From: Vicugna vicugna
Lineage: Eukaryota
Length of the DNA stretch: 64,000 nucleotides
NCBI GenBank assembly: GCA_013265495.1
Contig: MU058045.1
Location: forward strand, 195,241 to 259,240
Reading direction: 5' to 3'
Below, piece after piece: positions 26,029 to 38,789 of this stretch (positions are counted from its first letter, which is position 1; each line of letters begins with the position of its first letter). A program made the translations under genes and the position numbers. The notes beneath the pieces are model-generated. The model ran no database searches and was not told the DNA's origin. It saw only the letters and a program-made list of their open reading frames with translations.

Positions 26029-26700
26029 GGTGCTGCCGGGGACGCTCGGACCGTGGGCACCCGACTCTGTCACTGGCTGCCAGACCTCGTACCGGGCCTG
26101 CGGGGAGGCGGGTGCTCAGGCGGAGCGCGCCAGGCCCAGGCGGAAGCTGCCCGTCCGCCGCCCCGGTCACGTGCCCACCGCCTGCCTCCCGTCAGACCAA
26201 CAGCGCGGCTCCTTCGCGTGCGGGCGGGGGTCTCGGCCTTGGCTCTCCGACCCCCTGCCCGCCACCCGGGCGCCGGCCCCTCCCTACCCGTCTTCTCGTC
26301 GCCTTCTCCTCGGCCTCCTGAGCGCCCGGGCCGCGGCGTCACATCCGGCCACTGAGCCGAATCCTTCCGGAGTCGGGGCGGCTGCGGCCTCGCAGGTGGG
26401 GCGGGGCGGGACGGGGCGGGGCGCGAGGGAGGCGGAAGTGCCGGCGACGGGTGCCCGTGGTGTCCAAACACCGCTGCTGCGCCCCCGCGACGTGGCGGGG
26501 CTGGGGCTCCTCCGAGAAGCAAGAAGCGAGAGACACGGGCGCGAGAGAGAATGGCCGAGGCGGCTGCTCTGAGACGGCGTTTATTGGCTCCTTAGAAATC
26601 AGAGTCAGTAACAACTGTACAGAGGGCCGGAAACCCGCGCCCGCCTTCCCCACTCCCGCCGGGCCCGGGGAAGCAGCTTCGTGTGGGGCGCAGGGAGACT
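25900..26700 (-). promoter_or_regulatory. GPS2 CpG-island promoter
   Basis: CpG-dense; GGGGCGGG boxes 26398-26421; ETS site GCGGAAGTG near 26432. Confidence 0.75.
26580..26585 (-). terminator. NEURL4 polyadenylation signal
   Basis: AATAAA on -, ~460 nt past the NEURL4 stop and inside the GPS2 CpG island. Confidence 0.65.
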
Positions 26701-27046
26701 CCTCTGGGATTCACAGTAACCAGAACAGAAACAGAAATAAATTAAGTGACGTAGGGGAGGAGTCGCGGGGAGTCATGCTCCCCAGATCAGTGCATGGAGA
26801 GGGGCCACCCAAGGCCTGCGTCGGGCTCCCCGCTGCTCCCTCGCCTCGGAGGGACTGTCCGGCCCTGGGCTGGGAGGTGTGCTCCGCTTCCCAGCTAGTC
26901 TGAGAGCCTGCCTATGGGCTCCTGTGCATCTGCCAGGCGGAGCCCCGTGCATGCCGTGGGTGCTGGAATGAAGTGGCGGCAGTCGTCACTCGGAGTCCAT
27001 GGGCCCAAGGCCCAACTGTGCTTGGTAGTAAGTGAGGTCTCACCCC

Positions 27047-30000
27047 TCATTCCACCCGTACCAGCAGGGCATAGAGGAGTGTAGCCCCCTTCTCCTTGGT
27101 GACCCACTCAAGTTCAGCTGGACTGAAGTGAGGGTCGGGGGGTTCTCTGAGGGCAGCGGAAGGGGGGCCGGGGGTGTAAGAGCCAGGGCGCACACACACC
27201 TGGAACGCCACCTGGGCCTGGTGCGTCCGCTGGGATTTGGGGTCCCGGAATCTGTCAGGCAAGAAGCAGAAACAGGGCAGTGAGGCCTCTGCCCCTCCCT
27301 TGCTGACTGCAACCACCGCAGTTAGCAGCTGGCCCTGCTCTTCCCAGGAATCATTTCCTCCTTATAGGGACTTGGCTCTGGCTGTTCGTTCTACTGGAGA
27401 TGGTCTTCCTCCCAACGCCTGCTGGACTAACTCCCTCCTTCCTTCTCCAAGCCTTTGCTCAAGTCTCATCTTCTTTTTAAAATTTATTTTCATTTTGAGG
27501 GGAAGGGAGGGAGGTAATTACGTTTATTTATTTCTCAAATGGAGGTACTGGGTATTGAACCCAGGACCTTGTGCATGCTAAGCTGGCACTCTACCACTGA
27601 GCTATAGATTTCCCCCAAAATCTCATCTTCTTAAAGTCTATGCTGACTACTGTATTTAATATGCCCGCTCCAACCACACTTCTGATCCACTTCCCTCCAC
27701 TCTACCTTTTCTGTTTCTAAGGTGTTTACCTGTCACGTTTAAAAATACTAAATACTTATGCATAAACATTCCAGAGGAAGAGGACAGAAGTTCCACAAGA
27801 GCAAGGTTTCCTTTTTTGCTCTTTGTGACAGAACAAAATAAGTGATATTTGTTCAAAGTACGTGCGAAGAAAGGGCTGGGGTGGAGACTGAGGAACTAGC
27901 GAGACAAGGTGAGAAAGGAGAGAGAATCATGGAGACCCAAGGGTTCCTGGGGCCCCTTCCTGTGTACTCACTGCACTTTGGATGCCAGGGTCTCGGCCCC
28001 AGCATACTGGAGGGAGGGGGAAAGCAGCACTGGAGGGGGCTGCTCCTCCCGGGGAGGCGCACAGTTCTCACCAGGCTCCTCAAACCCCACCCCAGGCTCT
28101 CCCTTCAGGGGTCGGCAGCTCAGTATGGAAGCAGTGCCTGTGTGGAGAGTGGGGTCAGGGCAGCGCCCTCGGCCCACAGGCCCAGCCCGCCCTGCCTCCA
28201 CCAGCGCAGGGTACCTGCTCCCAGCTCCCCTCGGTCCAGCACCCTCCGGACAGCTGCCACATTGCTCCCATGATACGCCATGTGCCACTTCTTGGTTAGT
28301 GTCCCAGCCTCCAGGCGGGGATTCACCCTAGGAGGTGGACAGAAAGGGCAAATGGGACAAAAGTCACTGGCTCCCCGAGGTCAGCCCTCAGGAGAGGTGC
28401 TGTCGCTTCTTCCATACACCCTCTCAGGACCTTCCTTCCTCAAGGGGGCAAAAAACAGTGAGGGAGCTGCGTGAACCTGCCCTACATGTACCTGAGGTTG
28501 AACCTGCACCAGCCAAAGGGTAGGGCATATTCCCGAGGGGGCTCCCCACGGCGCCTGTGGGCCTCGTCTCCTCGAAGCTTCCGGCAAGACTCACAGTAGC
28601 ACAGGCTACGCTTCGGCGGAGGCATGAAATAATCCTCTGTGGAGAGTGAGTGGCAGACTTTGTGGCATGGCTCCTGCCTGGGATCTCAGCCACTTGACCT
28701 CTTTCCAACTGGTCTCCAGGGCTCTGGGCCTGGCCCAGGGCTGGGACAGCAATGAGGCAGGTTCTGGGGGACCGGGGACTCACCGGGAAGCAGCAGCAGT
28801 TCCTGGAAACGGGAGCAAAGGGCGTGGTACTCGCAGCTCTTGAGGGGGCTAGCAGCGGGTGGTGGGCCCCAGCAAACACTCTCCTTGATACCTGAGGGAG
28901 CAGAGGGGGCACAGTTCACAGGAGCCGGGGCCAGAAGTGCGGGGTTGGGGTGCAGTGGGACCCCGGCCCCTTGAGCTGGCTCACCATCCACCATGTCAGC
29001 TTTCTCCATGTCCCCTTGGGTTCCAGCACTCTTTCCACTGGCAGCCCCTGGTTCAGGGCTCACGATTGTCACCTACTGGGGACAGAGGTGGTCAGCAGAG
29101 TGTTACCAGCCCCCCAAGCCTGCTGATCCCCTCCTGGAACCACCGACTTCCCGTTTCCTCCGACAGCCCGGCCTCCGGTGCCACTGACCTGCTCACACTG
29201 CCCATAAAGGTCCACGAGTGCGTGGCAGGGCTGGGGGACATCTGGCACAGCCACTCCCTGGTCCATCCCATTGACGTGGAGATGCAGCCCCCCAGAGCCG
29301 TCCAGCCGCAGTCCCAGGATGGTGCCTTCAGGACATGTGTCCAGATTTGGCCCGAACTTCTCACAGATCTGGGAGGAGAGACCTACTGTCTTCCCAGAGA
29401 TCAGACTCCCACCAGCAGCAGCCATCCCCGCCCTTCACTAAACTCAGGTCATCAGTCCCTGGGCTTTGCCTCCACACTTGCCCACTGCCAGGGCTCTACC
29501 CTCTGCTTCAGTTACCTGGAGTCCACCTCCCTTTCCCCCGTGACATTCTCAGTGACAGGGACATAGGAGGAGGCAGTAAGCCCAAGACTGTCCAGGTAAT
29601 GAAACTCACACCCTGGCCCACCTGCTACGGGATCCACCCACTACAGGACCCCTTTAAATATACTTGTGGTCCTATCTCCAGGACTAGGGGCCCCTCTTCT
29701 CCCTCAAGGCCAGCCCCTCCCCACTCAGAGGCCTAGCCCTCTCGCTTCTCTCTGCTCCGTACCCACCTTGAGACCATTGTGGAAGACCCCACGGCCCCGC
29801 AGCAGCCAGGCTGCCCGTTTGAGGGCACAGGCAGAAGCAGGGAAGTTGAGCCTCTCCGGGGGACAGGTGATGACTCCCAGGACAAGGGAAGATGTCCACT
29901 GCCGGTTCAAGAAGTCTATTCGCACCTGGGGAGAAGGAAACTGTTCCCCAATCACAGCGTCTTGGGAAAAGGCCACCCACCCAGCAGAACCAGGCCCCAT

Positions 30001-33000
30001 ACCCCAGCCAGGGAGAGAAGGTAGCACCCCGCAGTGTGGCCTGGGATGCTGCCCCTTCTGATGCTTGGAGAGACAGGAAACTGCAAATTCAGTTGTGTCC
30101 TTCCCTCTTTCAGCCTTGGTTTTGCTGTTGCCTCTGAAAGGATTCTTGTCCCCCAGGGCTGCTGTTGCCTGCCTAACTGATATCTTGTAGTTTGCAGCAC
30201 AAGGCCCCCTCCTCTGGAAAGCACGCTCTGCTCCCACATATAGGATCAAGAGTCTCCCAGCCTCCCCTAAGCCCTCACTACTGCTTTCCTCAGCACAGTC
30301 CCCAGGTGGGCACTTCCTGGTAACTGATTTACAACTCTCATCACAGGGTACAAACAAAAGCCCAGGAAGCTCACTCAAGGGACATGCTTTCCACTTTGTC
30401 CTTGACCTGCAAAAGCCTTTGTCCAGGAGGGTTGGCCCTGGGTCACCCTGAGCAAGAGGAGCTGGGGACAAGGTGAGGCCCACCTGGACCAGCAGCTGGG
30501 GCACCAGAGGCTGGTTGATGACAACGATGCCCTGATTGTAGCTGGCCACTCGCGTAGCTGTACGGTTCCTGTTGGACAAGAGGATGTTCTTCCCATGGTT
30601 CTCCAGGAACTCGAGAGCTGTGGGCATAATGGCCACTTGATTCTGGCCCTGGAGTGGAGGAGAGACTGAGCTGCGGGGGTTGCCGACGCAGGGCCTGAGC
30701 CACCCCTCTGGGCTCTACACGCAGCCTGCATATTAGCCTCTGCCTACCCAGTCCTACCAGGACTGGATCAGAGAGCCCAAAGACCACCTGGTGGCCAATG
30801 GTCCACCCACTGCCCATCCTTGTACCCTGTGGGTCCTGGTGCTGCCTCTTACTTCCAGTCTGTGCTCCTCGCCCTCATCGTCCTCCTCGCCCTCACTGCC
30901 AGTGTCCGAGCTGGGGGAAGGAGGCTGGGTGCCTTCCTGCTCCTCTAGCCTCGAGGAGCTGACAATAGACACACTCCGCACCGGCCCGTAGAGATCCAAC
31001 ACGGCCCACACGTTCTAGGGGCACACAGAGCTGGGGAGTCAGAGACCAGTGGAGGACGTCAACCCCACTCCCAGACCCAGCGGAGGTCCTGTGTCTACCT
31101 TGGCAATGCCAGTGGCTGCTGGCCCCATATCCTCTCCATCTACCAGGATGTGCATTGTGTCATCTGCCCCCCGGCGGATGCCTACACGGCTCCCCACCTA
31201 GGGCCGAGGTGAGGCAAGGATGGGTGCTCAGCCTTCCTTTCCCCACCACCCCCACCCCCAAGCCCACCCCTGTGCCGGGAGTCAGCTGCTTCACCCCCAG
31301 CCTCTCTAGGTTCCGGCCATAGTTCATCCTTTGGAGCTGCCCATCGCGCCTGACTTCACAGCTGGACACCATCCAGGTGGTCTTGGTCCGGAGCTCCGGC
31401 AGGGAGGGAGGCAGCCCGGGGCCGCCACCAGCTCCAGGCCCCATCTCCCCTGGTGCTAGTGTGGTCAGCCCGAGCCGGAGGCAACCTGCCCACTTCTCAT
31501 CCAGCTCTTCCACTTTCACCTGAGAGAGAAACGCCTAGCGGCATGAGCTGGGGGCAAGAGGGAGCAGCCTGGCCCTGCTGTGAATTATATTCCAACAGCC
31601 CACCTCAAAGACTTCCTCCGTTTTGAGCTCCTTGGTGCTGAAGACGAGGCCATGGGCGTAACCAGCCGCACGCACTGCCCTCGTGCCGTCTTCCTCCAGC
31701 GTGATGTTCTTGCCGCAAGTACTGTGGAATCGATGAGCCACGCCAGCCACTGTGGAAAGATGGCACCAGAGGAAGGGGGAGGATTAGGACAGCAAGCTTC
31801 AGACAGGATGCAGATAAAACTTTCAGGTGAAGCAGGAAGTTGACATGAAGCTTCCATCTGCATTACTCCTTCAAGACCTCTGACACCTCTCTCACCATAG
31901 CAAGACTTGGTCCCAAATCTGGCATGCCAAGCTATGCTGTCCCGGGCCCTTGGTGGCGGGGAAGGGTCCAGGCGTAACCTCCTCCCTCTTCTTGGCTGCT
32001 TCCCGCTAGGGTTGATTCCCTCCCTCCTCCCCTCAGTCTGCAGCTGCTGCAGCCAGCCTGTCTCTGAACAGTTCCCAACCTAGAAGCTGCATCCCTTAGG
32101 CCCACAGAAGGCAGGCAGAGCCCACCCACCCTCCTTCCCTGCTGGCTAAACCTGGGGAGTGCAGGGGGAATGACTTCTCAGTGGCAGTGTTGCTGGTCGC
32201 CAGGCTATTGTCCATGGGTCCGGTGGCATTGGTGATGGACACTTGGACGCACTGACCATACAGATCCACGACTGCATATACCTCTGGGTAGGAAAAGAAG
32301 GGGTCAGAGGCCTGATAGCCTGGGGTGAGCTGGGCCGAGGGTGGCAGGTCAAAAGCCACAGAATAGTCACCTTTACCGGGAGGCAAGCCTGAGCAGGCAG
32401 CGCCTTGGTCCTGGCCATTGATGAAGTAGTGCAGGTCACCCTTGGCTGTTCGCATCATGCCGATGCGCGCGCCTGTGCCCAGCGCGTCGAGGTCGCACCC
32501 GTAGTTGTTGCGCATCGTGTTACCATCCTGCATGATGGCTGTGCCGCTGGAGGGACGACAGAGAGGGGCTAGGTCAGCCTCCTAGCTTCCTTCCCATACA
32601 GGCCTCTCAAACAAGTCTCTGCTTGTCAGAACCTTCCAGTTCCTTGGACTGGGATCTTGATCTGGGGCAGACCCAATCTTGTCTCCTTTGTCCCTGGGAT
32701 CCCCCCAGGGAAAAGCAGGAGCTACCCAAGGGCCTGGGGGGAGGGCTTCCTCAAACTGAAAGGAGGGGTCAACCAGATCTGGTCTGGCATTGTTCATGGC
32801 CACCACAGGCCCCAAACTGATTCCCTCATCCCAACCAGCTCTACCCAGCCCCGCCCAGCTGTTCCCCAAAGCACGCAGCTCAACCTCAGCATCCATGTAT
32901 CGTAGTCAATGTCTGTCATCGTGTTGGGAAATTCAAGGTCCTCTGGCCGAATAGCGGTCACTCCTGGAAGGAGGCAGGGGTAGGGCAGAGCCAAGGCTGC

Positions 33001-36000
33001 CTTGGCCTCAGAGAGCCAGCACCTCCCCCTAGCGTGTGTATGCACACGTCCATGCACGTGCACGCGCAGACACACACACACACACACACACGCCCCTTAC
33101 CAGCCTCAATGGAACCTGACCAGCGGTCCACCATCTTCTGAATGACAATTTCAAACAGCTCTCCATCCCGCAGGGCCCTGCCAGGGAGAGTGGCCATCAG
33201 ACAGGCCCCACTGGGGTGGCTGACCCTAGGCAGTAAGACGGTAGGGACATGACTCTCCGGACACTGACCGGTTGGAGATGACAATGGCGTCATTGAACTC
33301 GCTGCGGCAGTTGTGGCGGAGCGCGGTGCGGCCCCCGTTGGTGATGACTGCATTGCTGCCGTGCAGCTGGTGGAAGCGGAGGTCGGAGCCCCCGGCCCCT
33401 GATGACGGGGAGCTTGGAGATGCCTGGTTGTTCCCCTCAGGGAGTGGCTCAGGGACCGGGGGCACCTCTGCAAGAGTGGACATCATCCATTAGATCTACA
33501 GTTGTCTCTGAGGCCTCCCAAGGCCATCCCTGCCCCTGCCCAGTATGGCCCTCACCCACGTCGTCCACAATGGTGGCCTGGGCCGCCTGGCCATAGAGAT
33601 CGACGACAGCATAGACGCCCGGGGGCACGTTCCAGGCAGCAGGGCCCTGAGTCATCCCATTGACAAAGAAGTGGAGAGTCCCGTCTTCCCGCCGCACCAC
33701 GCCCACCGTGTCCCCTGCCTTGGAAGAAGCGGGGCTGGAGTGAGGAGTCAGGCAGAGTTCCTGCCTGGGCTGGTCCTGCAGCAGCCCCACCTTGCCTACC
33801 TCCCCGCTGCAGAGACCTGGCGGTGCCCCCAACTCTCCCACCTTGAGCCGGTCCAGGTTGTGCCCGTATTCGTCCAAGATGGTCGTCCCATTGTGCATCA
33901 CCCCATTCCCAGTCATCATCCAGGTCCCTAGGGGGACAAGGAGTGGCAAAGGGTATGTGGAGGGAGCCAGGGCTCCTCCCTTTATGCAGTGGTCCCGTTA
34001 CTCCCCAAAGCCATTAGCCCAGCCTATCTTTTCTTTGGCAGTTGCTTTCTTCCCAGAGCAGTTCCCCAGCCAGCCACAGGCCTTGTCCACGGGCCACTCC
34101 TCTGGCACTAAATGAGTGGCTGTCACAAGTGTGACAAGTGAAAGAGGGGCCAAAGACCAAGCAGCAGGGCTTTGGGGACAGCCCCCTCCATAAGACCTAC
34201 CCTGGCCCTGCCCTTCTCAGAAGCTCACCAAAAACAAACAAACAAAAACAAAGCATAAATACAGGACAGAGATAGACTCACAGACAGAGAATACAGACTT
34301 CTGGTTACCAGCGGGGTGGAGGGTGGGAAGGGATAGACTGGGATTTCAAAATTGTAGAACAGATAAACAAGATTACACTGTATAGCACAGGGAAATATAC
34401 ACAAAATGTTATGATAACTCACAGAGAAAAAAATGTGACAAGGAGTGTGTAGATGTCCATGAATGACTGAAAAATTGTGCTGAACACTGGAATTTGACAC
34501 AACATTGTAAAATGATTATAAATCAATAAGAAATGTTAAAAAAAAAAAAAGAAGCTCACCAGAGCGCAAGTTGGTCATGGTGGAGGGCAACTGGAGGTAG
34601 GCAGGGTTGTGGGTGGTGACGCCGATCTCAATGGAGCCAGCCCATTTGTCTACCATCTTGTCGATGCGCACCTGGAACACTTCTCCATCCCGCAGGGCTC
34701 TGCTGCTCAGCACCACGCCGTGATTAAAGTCATCGGTGGCACTGAGGGCGTGGCAAGTGGGGACTCAGAGCCCAACACACACACTGGGTGTGCCAAAGCT
34801 TAGCCCAGCCAGGCCTGCCTGACACCCATTGCCCCAAATCAACCAGCTACACTTTGTGGTCCAGGAGAGTCCCCACTCCTCCATCCAGGATACCCCAGAC
34901 CAGACACCCTCTGCCTCCCACTTCTCTACCCCTCCCTCCAATCCCATCAGAGCCCCTTCCCAGGCTTCTCCCCACCCCATGGGCCATACTGGGGCCTCAG
35001 GGCCGTGCGTCCCTCGTGGGTGATGGCTGCCTTCTGCCCACAGTTGGGGTGGAAGAGCAGGCGCTCGGGTTCCGCCTGGGCAGCAGGAGCAGCACGGCGG
35101 AGAGCACCCTCGGGGGAAAGTGCCCGCAGGATGGCATTGTTCCGGCGCAGACGGTCACTATGGTTGTTATTGTGGACGATGGTCACCTTCACGGCCATCC
35201 CATACAAGTCCACCACGCCGTACACCACTGGGGGTGTCAGTGGGGTAGCCACGCCTGTAGGGGTGGAAGACACAGAGAATGGGGGGATAAGGGGAGAAAA
35301 GTCAAAAACAAGAAACTCAGTGCCAAACAGACAAGATAATAAGATATAGCTCCCCCTGTCCGAAAGCCCTGGCCCAGAGACCCTCTCTGAGCTTCCCCTT
35401 ACCCTGATCGATGCCATTAATGAAGAAGTGGAGGGCAGAGTTGGACTTCCTCGTGAGACCAATGTGGTCGCCCTCCTATTCAAAGCAGAAAAATAACAAG
35501 GTTTCAGATTCATCCTGGGAACTGTGAGAACAGAGCGGTCCCAGAGCCTTCCCACTACCCTACGTGACAGGGGAACAGCTCTAAAAGGCTCCCGTGAGTC
35601 TCAGACCACTCTGAATGCTCAATGCAAGTCAAATACGGTGTTAAACCACCTTACAACTTGTTAACACTCCTGATGATCTGGCGAATACTACCACCAAGCT
35701 TGTTTCTAGACAATAAAAAGGGAAAAACACTACTAGAGAAGATAGGCTTCTTGCCTCAGATCACTATACAAGCGGCCTAACAAAAAGAACTGAACCCACC
35801 TGAGTCCAAAATCTGAGTGCCTAACTGTTGGGCAACCCTGCCTTATCAGAAGGAAGCTTCAGGCAAAAGATAAAGAGCCTTGCTCTAGGTCAGAGACCGT
35901 GGTACGCAGGCAGGGACGCGCGGTACCCAGGCACCCCTGGAGAGTGGCCCAGGCTCTGTGCCGCACCCTCACCTGCAGCTCATCCAGACCAAATTCACAG

Positions 36001-38783
36001 TACTCGCGGCGGGTGCCCTTGCCATTGGTCAGGATCCCGCAGCCACTCATCATGATGGTGCCTGGGGGGAGCGGACACCATGGTTAGGGTACGGGCTCCC
36101 TTGGAAACCTCAGCGATCACAGGCCTGTGCCCCCACCCTGCTAGGGGCTGGTACCTGACTGTAGGTTGGTCATGGTGGCTGGGTACTCCAAATTGTTGGG
36201 GTTGTGGGTGGTGACACCAATCTCAATGGAGCCCGACCACTTATCTACAAGCTTGTCGATGCGGATCTGGGGTGGAGTGACAGCAGAAGGGAGAGGCGGG
36301 GAAGGTAAAGGCAGAGAAAGGACCTTCATCCCTTGGGCCTTCCCCAGGTCACCCCCTCTTTCCAGCATCAAGGATCAAGCCCCATCTTTAGCTCCCAGAG
36401 GGTGAGGTGCCAGCCAGACCCCAGGATCCGGCATACCTCAAACATCTCATTGTCCCGGAGTGGGCGGTTGGTCATGACAACCCCATTGTTGAATTCATCC
36501 AGGGGCCGGCGCCGCTCAGCCGTCTTATTGTTGTTGCTGAGTTTGATGAGGGTTCCACATTTCTCGTGAAAAAGGAGGGCATCGTTGGACGTGAGGATGG
36601 GCGACGTGGCAGCACCGCTAGGCCCTGGTGCTCCCCCTGCTGGGGGGGAGCTCAGGTTCACGTTTAGGAGCCCCCCGTTGTAGGCAGACAGGATGGCGTT
36701 GCTCACCACCTCGGAGAGCTCCATGCCAGCAAAGTCTAGGCAGCAGAATGGAGGAAGGAAAAAAGAAATGAGGCTCTACACCCCCAAGCTTGCTGCTCAC
36801 TCCCTACCCCTCTCCTGAGGTCCCTCCCTGTCCACCTCACGTCCCGCTCCCCTTCCCAGGGCCTCCCCAGAGCCCTCACCATTATGCGACTCAAGGCTGT
36901 TAGGAAACGTCTCCGGCCGGGCCTGCGCTGGGGACACCATGAAGGCTGGGGACCAGGTGGGATGGGAGGGGAATAAGGGTTCAGCCCCTGCTGCCAGGCC
37001 CACAGCCAGGAGACCCCCTCCTCTAGCCCCAGCTCTCCCACCTTCAACAGACTCTGGGGTCTGAGTGGTCCTGCCCACACCCAGCCTCACTTGTCACTAT
37101 GTCTCCCCCATTCCTGCAGCCATTCCCTTATCCCCATCACTGCCCTAGATGTGTTCTCACCTTCATCCCCAGAGGTTCCCTGCTCAGCCAAGGCAGAATC
37201 TTCAGGTGGGGCAGAGGGCTCAAGGGGAGGCGTGGGGATGGGAGTAGGGGGATTGAAGCCTGGCTCAGGGGGTAGCACGGTGATCTGGGTGCATTTGCCG
37301 TAAAGGTCCACGACAGCCCAGACCCGAGCGGGCAGGCCCGTGGCGGCCACACCACAATCCCGCCCGTTCACCCAGAGCCGCAGCTCCCCGGCCACTGTGC
37401 GCTCCACGCCCACACGGTCCCCTTCACCAAGCTGGTCCAGGTCCTGACCATACTCCTCCAGCACAGAACGTCCATCCCTCAGCACCGAGCAGCCTGACAC
37501 TACCCACGAGCCCCCCTTCAGCCCCGTGGCGCTGCTTGGGAAGTCCAGCACACTGGGGTCCAGTGCCGTCACCCCAATCTCAATGGAGCCACTCCAGGAG
37601 TTGACCTGTGATGGGGTGGTGGACAGAGGCTCAGGATGGACCACAAATGGGTCTCCCACCTCTAGGAAACCACATTTCACAGGTCACTATGTCCCCCTCT
37701 TCCCACCTTTCAGACAGCTAACTGGCTTCCTTCTCTTGCAACATGAGGCACCACAATCCAGAGATCTAGTCCCACAAGTAATTTTTTGGACTCTGGTCTC
37801 GGGATTGTTGGGCCCACCCTCCTCTAGCAACTCTCCTCTGCACTCTGGGTGCTCACTGTCTAAGACACCACGCCTTTCTCCACCACGATAGCTAAATTCC
37901 CCTGCCTCCTCTAACTTCCCTGGTCTCTGCGGCTCCCTGACCACCCAAATTCAGGCTCTTACAGACCACTCTCTTCCTCCAGACCTAATTCTCTCCTAGG
38001 CTCTGGCTCCACTCAAATTCACTCTCTTCTCAAATTCTATCTCTGCGCAGTCACACATCACGCCCAGACACACACACCTTTCTCCCTCAGTATCTCTGTT
38101 CACCCATCTTTCTGGCCCAACCAGTGACTCTGTCCTCCAAAGTTTTTTTTTCTTCTCTTGGTTATCTGTCTTCTTACCCTGTCACACGTCTGATGTGTCT
38201 CCATCTTCCATCCCCCAGAAATTTTCCCAGGATGTCTGTTTCTTAGTCATTATAGTGAATGAGCCCCCATGTCCCTTCCCTGCTCTTGGATCTTGAGGAA
38301 ACTTAAGCTCTCCTTGTCTCTTTCTTCATGAAACTTAATGTTTCTGTTTCATGCTCCTCTCCTGCCCATCAGCTGGTGTCCTGTCTGTCGGTTCTCTCTC
38401 GGTACCCGGTGATGTGGGCTACCCTGGCTGTCCTCTCCCATCTCCCTCTGGTCCCCTCCCACCACCCTACACATTTCGATTCCGCGGCCCCAGCTCCGCA
38501 CCTTGCGATCGATGCGGACCGTGAAGACGCGTCCGTCGCGCAAGGGTTCTCGGCTCAACACAAGCCCGTGGTTAAACTCCTGGCCCGGTTGCTGCCGCCG
38601 CGCTGTACGCCCACAGGCCGACAAGCTCACCAAGCGCCCGGTGCGCGGGTGCAGTTCCCCGCCGCTGCTCAGACCCCCGCCAGACCCCGGTCCTGGGCCG
38701 CTCCCGCCCGGGCCCCCACCCCCACCTGGCCCCGGCCCGGGGCCTCCCCCAGAGCCCCCACTCCCACCCGACCCCGCCGCCAT
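27047..38783 (-). CDS. NEURL4: Neuralized-like protein 4 (six NHR repeats plus C-terminal ADP-ribosyltransferase-like domain), multi-exon
   Basis: Start [10 protein letters not shown] at 38783. First exons 38783-38502, 37605-37161, 36945-36880, 36735-36437, 36266-36155, 36061-35973, 35475-35403. Repeated NHR signatures (FN.G.V.S.R.L..GE.F, W.GSIE.G.T, VVDLYG). Ends ...[23 protein letters not shown] at 27047. Not every internal junction was tallied. Confidence 0.95.
27476..27620 (-). mobile_element. tRNA-derived SINE in last NEURL4 intron, with TSD
   Basis: Direct repeat TCTCATCTTCTT at 27464-27475 and 27621-27632. Confidence 0.85.
33070..33091. repeat. (CA)n microsatellite
   Basis: Direct CA run in a NEURL4 intron. 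Confidence 0.9.
34231..34549 (+). mobile_element. 5'-truncated young L1 3' end with poly(A) and 12-bp TSD, antisense to NEURL4
   Basis: L1 3'UTR-type sequence (ATAGACTCACAGAC...CTGTATAGCACAGGGAAATATA...), poly(A), TSD AGAAGCTCACCA at 34219-34230 and 34550-34561. Confidence 0.85.
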
Positions 38784-38789
38784 CGCCGC

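Noticed and set aside
29725..30636. 303-aa single ORF
   Set aside because: It is two NEURL4 exons joined by an intron that happens to be open, not a separate gene.
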